64,000 nucleotides of DNA, taken from positions 4,045 to 68,044 of the IMG/VR virus record IMGVR_UViG_3300046002_006949. One strand, given 5' to 3'. Shown here one piece after another: positions 58,669-64,000 of this stretch. The first letter of the stretch is position 1. Each line of letters begins with the position of its first letter. This DNA is from a virus. Under the pieces are notes generated by a model. The model saw only the letters and a list, made by a program, of their open reading frames with translations, had not been told where the DNA came from and ran no database searches. The translations under genes were made by a program, and so were the position numbers.

Positions 58669-59325
58669 GGCCGGCGAACCATCTTCCTCGAACTCATACT
58701 CGTTGGCGATTAGGTTTTCGTCAATCGCCTCGTCAGTCATGTACCAGTCGTACGTCTTCTCAAGTTGCTGGTACAACCAGTCGGCGAGCCAACGCAGGTT
58801 GTTCTCAACAACTTCTTCACGACCACGGTCCTCCATTGGCTCCCACTCGCCCTCCGAATTCTCAAACTCGTTGAACTCAAACCGCATGGTGTGAGAGTGT
58901 GAGTATCGACCAGTGGTTGTGATGTCCACACGGCACGTTGCGTTGTACGGTTGGACAAAGTCCACGAACAGACATGCAGCGATGTTGTGCAGGTCCTCAT
59001 CCAACGGTGCGTGCTCTTTGATCTTCTCAACCATGTCCAGCTCGCCACGGAACTCACCAGCAAAACTGGCTCCGTCACCCTGTGAACTGAAACCACTGAA
59101 GGCGATTTCCGGCTTCTGTATGGTCCCACCACCCATCAGTCGTACCGTGCTGGTCTTCAGCTCGATACCGAGGATCTTACAGATGGTCTGGAAGTCATCG
59201 AATGTGCAGTCCCACCATTCATCAAACGGGTAGTCATCATGACTGTACCACTCACGGGCCTTCTCCTTGGCCTCGTCACTCAATTCCTCGAACTTGTAAA
59301 CCTTGGTCACTTTATCCCTGGGCAT
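58666..59325 (-). CDS. Acidic protein of the family commonly annotated 'antitoxin of toxin-antitoxin stability system'
   Basis: VYKFEELSDEAKEKAREWY, TVRLMGGGT, FSGFSSQGDGA, WLYQQLE, ANEYEFEEDG; family recalled from memory, function unverified. Confidence 0.7.
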   Translation of the reverse strand: MPRDKVTKVYKFEELSDEAKEKAREWYSHDDYPFDEWWDCTFDDFQTICKILGIELKTSTVRLMGGGTIQKPEIAFSGFSSQGDGASFAGEFRGELDMVEKIKEHAPLDEDLHNIAACLFVDFVQPYNATCRVDITTTGRYSHSHTMRFEFNEFENSEGEWEPMEDRGREEVVENNLRWLADWLYQQLEKTYDWYMTDEAIDENLIANEYEFEEDGSPA

Positions 59326-59341
59326 GTTTATCTCCTTTCTG

Positions 59342-59408
59342 AGAGAACACGATCGACGAGCCCCGCAAGGCTCGTCTGTCACATCCACTCAACGCACCGG
59401 ACCTGCTA
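59342..59408 (-). repeat. Intergenic hairpin element R8 (type C)
   Basis: agagaacacgatcgacgagccc-cgca-aggctcgtctgtcacatccactcaacgcaccggacctgcta. Confidence 0.85.
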
Positions 59409-59966
59409 TTCACATTCATATACAAGTTCATCAGTCGCAACGGACCAGATGTTGTAAGGTGCCTTCCCCTCCTCAAACCAGTCAGCCGCCAGACAGTACG
59501 TCTTCGGCCCATCAGGACAGAACGTGTCCAGGTTACCAGCACCCGGCACACATGGCGAGCAGAACTGTGCTCTGGTGTAGACTGGTGATTTGAAGACCCA
59601 CAGGTTGTTGTCCGATGTGGTCTGAACGGTCAGACCTTCGAATTCATAGGCATACGGGCCAGACTCATCACGTTCCCAGTCCTGATCCTGCATGACGTTG
59701 TCCGCCATGTCAGACAGGTCATCATCGTCAGGCTTGAGACCCAGGTTCTCCATGACATGCCTGAAGCCCTTCTGAAGGCTGTCCTTCAACTCTTCAATAG
59801 CCGCTGTGTACCCAACGTCCTCACCGTGAGTGTACACATCATCCATAGCGTAGCAGTTGACGCTGTGCTGACTGATGATACCGTACCGGATACCAGTCTC
59901 CGCGTCTCGGTTGACCGGGCTGCTCGGCCCCGAGTAATCAATACCCGGATCGTTCGATTTCTTCAT
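59406..59966 (-). CDS. Acidic phage protein
   Basis: NRDAETGIRYGIISQ, FCSPCVPGAGNLD; AGGAG RBS. Confidence 0.75.
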   Translation of the reverse strand: MKKSNDPGIDYSGPSSPVNRDAETGIRYGIISQHSVNCYAMDDVYTHGEDVGYTAAIEELKDSLQKGFRHVMENLGLKPDDDDLSDMADNVMQDQDWERDESGPYAYEFEGLTVQTTSDNNLWVFKSPVYTRAQFCSPCVPGAGNLDTFCPDGPKTYCLAADWFEEGKAPYNIWSVATDELVYECE

Positions 59967-59994
59967 CGCCTTCTCCTGTTACAAAACTGAAAGT

Positions 59995-60030
59995 ACACGA
60001 AAGAGAGGCTCCGCAAAGCCCCTCCATCCA
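59995..60030 (-). repeat. Intergenic hairpin element R9 (type B)
   Basis: 36-nt exact copy of R2 (55260-55295). Confidence 0.88.
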
Positions 60031-60035
60031 GCACT

Positions 60036-60725
60036 TCAAACCTTTACCCGGTCGAGCCATTCAATCAGCTCGGTGGTGTTCATCTTCCAATTAAAGTGAG
60101 CACCCTCATTTGTGTGATGCACCTCCATGTCCATGACGTTGAATGCACAGCCCTTGAGGCTTTCTTCGTCAACGGTATCGAGTTTGGCAATCAGGTCTGC
60201 CATCCACTCTTCTACACGCAGGACGCAGTCCCCACAACCACACAGATCAACGTCCATGCCCCAGTTCTTACACCATCGCTGGTAAGGCTCCACAGGGTCG
60301 CCATAGAACTCATTCATGTGAGACTCTAATGCACTCTCACACTCTCGACGGAAGTCAGTACAGGCCCATAGCGACCATGATTCATCTTCCAGCTCAGTCT
60401 CACGTCTGCCCAGGTCTTCGTCACACAACACAGGATAGTCCTGCAAGGCCCCAGCATAGTCATACGCTGTGTCAAAGGCTTTCGCGTCTGATGGGTCGAT
60501 GATAATGATCTCGAACCATCCAGGACCCCAGTGGCCAAACCTGTGAACCTCTACGGTTTCGCCTTCCCCACCAAGTGCCTCAAGGAACATGGCGAAGTTC
60601 GACTGCTCAAGGCAGCCTGAGTCTCTCGTCCGCATTACCGGCATGACGAGCCAGTCCTCCCGTTCAATATCGATGTTGCCATCGAATTGTGTAGGGGACC
60701 AGTCTGCATAACGCTGAAAGTCCAT
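60036..60725 (-). CDS. Acidic phage protein
   Basis: RDSGCLEQSNF, HRFGHWGPGWFE, LQDYPVL; AGGAG RBS. Confidence 0.75.
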   Translation of the reverse strand: MDFQRYADWSPTQFDGNIDIEREDWLVMPVMRTRDSGCLEQSNFAMFLEALGGEGETVEVHRFGHWGPGWFEIIIIDPSDAKAFDTAYDYAGALQDYPVLCDEDLGRRETELEDESWSLWACTDFRRECESALESHMNEFYGDPVEPYQRWCKNWGMDVDLCGCGDCVLRVEEWMADLIAKLDTVDEESLKGCAFNVMDMEVHHTNEGAHFNWKMNTTELIEWLDRVKV

Positions 60726-60735
60726 TTGGTTACTC

Positions 60736-61089
60736 CTAAGGAAGTCCGTCGTCACCGACCCAACCATTGGCTCGGGGGTCATCACTATGTGGATCGTTCC
60801 ACACATGCCAGATCTCGTCCGCTTCTTCTTCGATCTGATCAATTGCTGAATTGATTGACTTTACTGTGACCTCAGTCCACAAAAACTCGTGGGTCTGACA
60901 ATCACAGTCCGCACCTTCTACGATACTGCCGATAGCAATACCCCGGGGTGTCTCCCGAATCCAGGCACCACACATAGTTGCTTTGTACAACCGGCGTGCC
61001 GCCAGTTCCCAGTCAATAGGCTCACCCATTGGTAGTTCGAAGAACTTACGGACAGCATCACTGCCCCGCACAATGTCGTCTTCGTCCAT
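60736..61089 (-). CDS. Acidic phage protein
   Basis: LYKATMCGAW, IGSIVEGAD; AGGAG RBS. Confidence 0.75.
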   Translation of the reverse strand: MDEDDIVRGSDAVRKFFELPMGEPIDWELAARRLYKATMCGAWIRETPRGIAIGSIVEGADCDCQTHEFLWTEVTVKSINSAIDQIEEEADEIWHVWNDPHSDDPRANGWVGDDGLP

Positions 61090-61123
61090 TTGGTTACTCC
61101 TCAACAAGCGGAATTGCTTGAGC

Positions 61124-61172
61124 GAGCCTCACCTCGGTGGGGCTCTGTCCAACAATCGCACCGGACCTGCTA
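61124..61172 (-). repeat. Intergenic hairpin element R10 (degenerate type C)
   Basis: gagcctcac-ctcg-gtggggctc then tgtc...cgcaccggacctgcta. Confidence 0.65.
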
Positions 61173-61565
61173 TTCAATATCACCATTCTCAATGGCTTCG
61201 CCTTCTGTAGTGTCAATGCAGAAAGCAATACACCAGCGGCAGGTGGTCGCTGTGTCGTCTTCGTGACCTGTGAGATTATCACCACAGGCTTCACAAGTAG
61301 GCCGTATCGCAAACACCTCAGCAATGAACTGAGCGACACGGAAAGCGTCAGCCCGGCCTTCTACCTCACTAGGCATATACCACTTACCATTTGCGTCCCA
61401 AGCAGCAATCTCGGCTGTCTGAGAGCCTTCTGCACCGCACAGGGTATTCTCTGAGTACGGCCGGCTGTAGTTATCACAGTAGTTGCCTGAGCCCCACTGG
61501 ACGCTCACGGTCCAACCGTTCTCGAACGTGATATGGAAACCCTTACCATCAGTGATCTTGAACAC
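61170..61565 (-). CDS. Phage hypothetical protein with C-terminal CxxC pairs
   Basis: GFHITFENGWTVSVQW..GNYC; GGAGG RBS before GTG at 61565. Confidence 0.7.
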   Translation of the reverse strand: MFKITDGKGFHITFENGWTVSVQWGSGNYCDNYSRPYSENTLCGAEGSQTAEIAAWDANGKWYMPSEVEGRADAFRVAQFIAEVFAIRPTCEACGDNLTGHEDDTATTCRWCIAFCIDTTEGEAIENGDIE

Positions 61566-61749
61566 TCGACACCTCCACTTCAATTGTACTGTCATCCACG
61601 ATTTGCTGCTGTACCTCACAAAGCTCCAGTATCATAAGGCGGAGCCGGTCATTCCGCCTTCTATGGCATGACCCACAGAGGCAGACAGGCTGGCCAAATA
61701 CCTTAAAGACTGATGCTGGTTCGTTACACCATTCACAGGTTCGAAGCAT
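61549..61749 (-). CDS. Small Zn-finger protein
   Basis: CEWC...LCGSC; overlaps its neighbours. Confidence 0.6.
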   Translation of the reverse strand: MLRTCEWCNEPASVFKVFGQPVCLCGSCHRRRNDRLRLMILELCEVQQQIVDDSTIEVEVSSVQDH

Positions 61750-62023
61750 TGGACTGCCCTTTCACCATGTCTCGAACGCCTTCTGCATCAATCGGGCAGA
61801 AGTCATTACCAGGGAGCCGGATGAAGCACGTACCGTTATTAGATATCTGGTACACGCGAATCCTCCGCCAACCACGATGTTCTCTGATCTTTACCATGTA
61901 GTCTGTGGGAGCACCACATCGTCTGGTGTACCCATATGAGTCCATACAACGCAGAACCTGGTACTGCGTGACGGGAGACAGCTTTGCCGCCTCCACCTCG
62001 AATAGACTTACGTTTCTCATCAC
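61733..62023 (-). CDS. Hypothetical protein (first gene of the minus-strand early array)
   Basis: GGAGGTG RBS; YGY..GAPTDYMVK..WRRIRVYQISN.GT.FI. Confidence 0.7.
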   Translation of the reverse strand: MMRNVSLFEVEAAKLSPVTQYQVLRCMDSYGYTRRCGAPTDYMVKIREHRGWRRIRVYQISNNGTCFIRLPGNDFCPIDAEGVRDMVKGQSNASNL

Positions 62024-62268
62024 TCACCTCCGCTGGGTTTGGAAACACCATCGACACAGCACCAATCGCTGTCGACCTGCCATTCTACTTCCGCCTTCTT
62101 ACTTATTAGCTCCCGGGGGACTTAGTCCTATAAATATGTCTTAGTTTATACTTTAAAAGGCAGGAAACCGACGATAACCAGCATATCCAGACCGATTGAC
62201 GGTCGATACACTTGGCAGCCCTGGCTCATGTCGAGTCAGGGACACAAACCACATGAAAGGAACAAACC

Positions 62269-62919
62269 ATGCGACATTCTACAACCCCGTTTGAACGTCT
62301 TACCGACTCCCAGGCACTTGCCATTATTATCGCAGTACGGGAAAACGGACACAAACCATTCGCAAACGTCACAGGATCGAGCCAGGCAGCTTGCCACATG
62401 TTCCCCAACACAAACACCGCGGAAGACGACAAACCCGCCGCAGACGCCGAACCAGGGGCCCCCACAACCGCAACCGTCCTGCCTTGCGAAGCGTACGCGA
62501 TACGGCAGGAGGACATCTATTACCAGGTCCGATGGCTGTTGATGTCCGATGAATCACCAATCTGTAAAGAACTCAGGGATTGTACTGCAGACATGCAGGC
62601 ACATGACCGTGACGATATGCGGCAGGATCTTTGCCTGCAGCATTGGAGACGAGCAGTCGCTGCAGAATACCGGGGAATCCGGAAGTATTCCGTTGGCAAA
62701 TGGATCATCGGAGACGTTCGACGATGGATCGGCAGGAACGTAGGGAAATCAGAACTGACAGCAAACCCAAACCCGCTAACCGCGGAGGAACTTAGAACTC
62801 TAAGTCTACAAAGCAGGTCGGCAACGATTGACAAGGAACTAGCGAACGAGATGGCATCCAGCCTGGCAGCTTTGGCAAAAGCCAAACCACCAGCACCCCT
62901 GGTTTCGTTCACCTGGTAG
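62269..62919 (+). CDS. Hypothetical protein
   Basis: AAAGGA RBS; 216 aa, divergent from the early array. Confidence 0.6.
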   Translation: MRHSTTPFERLTDSQALAIIIAVRENGHKPFANVTGSSQAACHMFPNTNTAEDDKPAADAEPGAPTTATVLPCEAYAIRQEDIYYQVRWLLMSDESPICKELRDCTADMQAHDRDDMRQDLCLQHWRRAVAAEYRGIRKYSVGKWIIGDVRRWIGRNVGKSELTANPNPLTAEELRTLSLQSRSATIDKELANEMASSLAALAKAKPPAPLVSFTW

Positions 62920-62936
62920 TTTGATTGGTTCAATTC

Positions 62937-62959
62937 GACCGGCAGACAGTCTGCCGGTC
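62937..62959. repeat. 23-bp palindrome
   Basis: gaccggcagac-a-gtctgccggtc. Confidence 0.8.
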
Positions 62960-62991
62960 ATTCCTCAGAAGTATGGTCGAAAGGTATTACA

Positions 62992-63513
62992 ATGAATTTT
63001 GATATCGTCGCGAAAATTGCGGAACTGGTGGCCCTGGGCGTCCCGGCTGACGTGGCTGGGCAGATTGCAGGGCAGCAGATGCTCCAGCTACAGCAAGAAC
63101 TCTCAGCAGTACAAGAACAGTCCAGGAAGGAAATCCAAGCTAAGACGGACGAACAATTAGGAGTAAAGACTTTCCTGGGAAAACGCATCCAAAACATGAA
63201 AGGTGACAGACCTACGAAGTATTCCAAGGCAATGGAAAACGGACTGGCAGTTGAGCCCGCGAATCGGGGGCTAGACTCCAATGGCAAGGCAGTATTGTGG
63301 CCACCACAATTTTGGCTCTTCGCGAGCCAGGCGAAGCCGCTTAACTTTACCCAGGCGGAATCGGCCACCCTGCTGGCAGTCATCGAAGGCGCAGGTGTCG
63401 AACGGTTCATTGATGCTCTTAAAGCATGTGCATCACCTGAGGCAATCAAAGCTTACCAGGCCGACCGGAAGGCCCTGGAGACATCCGGAGAGATCCTGAG
63501 CCGGACAAAGTAA
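62992..63513 (+). CDS. Hypothetical protein
   Basis: AAAGG RBS; 173 aa followed by a terminator. Confidence 0.75.
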   Translation: MNFDIVAKIAELVALGVPADVAGQIAGQQMLQLQQELSAVQEQSRKEIQAKTDEQLGVKTFLGKRIQNMKGDRPTKYSKAMENGLAVEPANRGLDSNGKAVLWPPQFWLFASQAKPLNFTQAESATLLAVIEGAGVERFIDALKACASPEAIKAYQADRKALETSGEILSRTK

Positions 63514-63537
63514 GCCCAACGCACCTCGATCAATCTC

Positions 63538-63571
63538 CAGCCGGCCAGGGTAACACCTGGCCGGCTGTTTT
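63538..63571 (+). terminator. Intrinsic terminator
   Basis: cagccggccagg-gtaaca-cctggccggctg-tttt. Confidence 0.75.
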
Positions 63572-63783
63572 CGTTGATGGATTGTAGGGCAAAAACGAGG
63601 TGATCCGGCGCAGCTGCGCAGCCTCACATAGGGTGACCCATCACAGCTCGACCATGTGGCCCCGTCAGCATAGGATGAGCACATCATGCAGGATGTTGAG
63701 CCGGACAAGGTAAGCAAACTGCAGACGGGGTGAGGGATGGCTGCAATGATGCAGGACGGGGGCAGGACGGAGGCAGGACGGGC

Positions 63784-63838
63784 TGTAAACTTTCTTACAT
63801 TCTCACCTTGCAGACGCACCGGTAAGAAAGTTTACCAT
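63784..63838. repeat. Inverted pair of (G/T)GTAA-N6-TTAC(C/A) boxes
   Basis: gtaaactttcttac (63785-63798) is the exact reverse complement of gtaagaaagtttac (63822-63835); same motif as 901-1031. Confidence 0.75.
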
Positions 63839-64000
63839 GCGTCACCGTTCGGCCAATTCCAGGATGAGGCAAAAAGCCTGTAAATTCGGCTGTTTTCGGC
63901 TCGACCGGTGAAAATCCAGCCTCGACCAGGGAAGTTTGAGCCGGAAGAAGACCGGGTAGTCATGGTCCTTACAGTGGTCCTATGCGCCTTTGTCTCTTCT

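Larger units (their letters stand above)
1..64000. mobile_element. Tailed dsDNA bacteriophage genome (possibly temperate; likely Planctomycetota host)
   Basis: Terminase, portal, capsid, tail, fibre, PolA, SNF2, VRR-NUC and primase genes in phage-like operons with ATGA/GTGA overlaps; no host housekeeping genes. Confidence 0.96.

Noticed and set aside
53990-61172. CRISPR array or classical integron attC array
   Set aside because: Repeats are separated by whole genes rather than 30-40-nt spacers; no consistent RYYYAAC/GTTRRRY ends and no tyrosine integrase
1-64000. tRNA or rRNA genes
   Set aside because: No cloverleaf with T-loop and D-loop consensus recognised in the intergenic gaps by eye; tRNAscan-SE would be needed to exclude them

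Overview
The whole window is a dsDNA tailed-phage (Caudoviricetes) genome, probably nearly complete, with no host genes visible. Order: MazG-like gene, a palindrome-rich putative origin, prim-pol/DUF3987 primase, a C5-methyltransferase-like gene and a protein with two tandem serine-recombinase domains (0-7 kb). Head and packaging genes follow (scaffold, major capsid, TerS, a polyvalent ART-like protein, TerL, portal; 7-18 kb). Next come neck and tail genes, including a Cys-rich protein with an inserted FGE/CLec domain and glycosyl-/methyltransferases (18-30.6 kb). After these are large ejection-type proteins (30.8-37.4 kb), a putative lysis cassette with a papain-like peptidase and a thioredoxin-like lipoprotein, and tail fibres (37.5-46.3 kb). 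An APSE-like replication operon follows (DUF2800, DUF2815, PolA, VRR-NUC, SNF2; 46.3-53.6 kb). Last is a minus-strand array of small, often acidic early genes separated by about 10 copies of a conserved covarying hairpin element (53.6-62 kb). A Planctomycetota host is inferred from domain styles. The most notable observations are the hairpin-delimited cassette array, a shared N-terminal domain on two otherwise unrelated putative injected proteins, the tandem serine recombinase and the protease/thioredoxin lysis-like module. All family assignments come from motif recognition by eye, not database searches.
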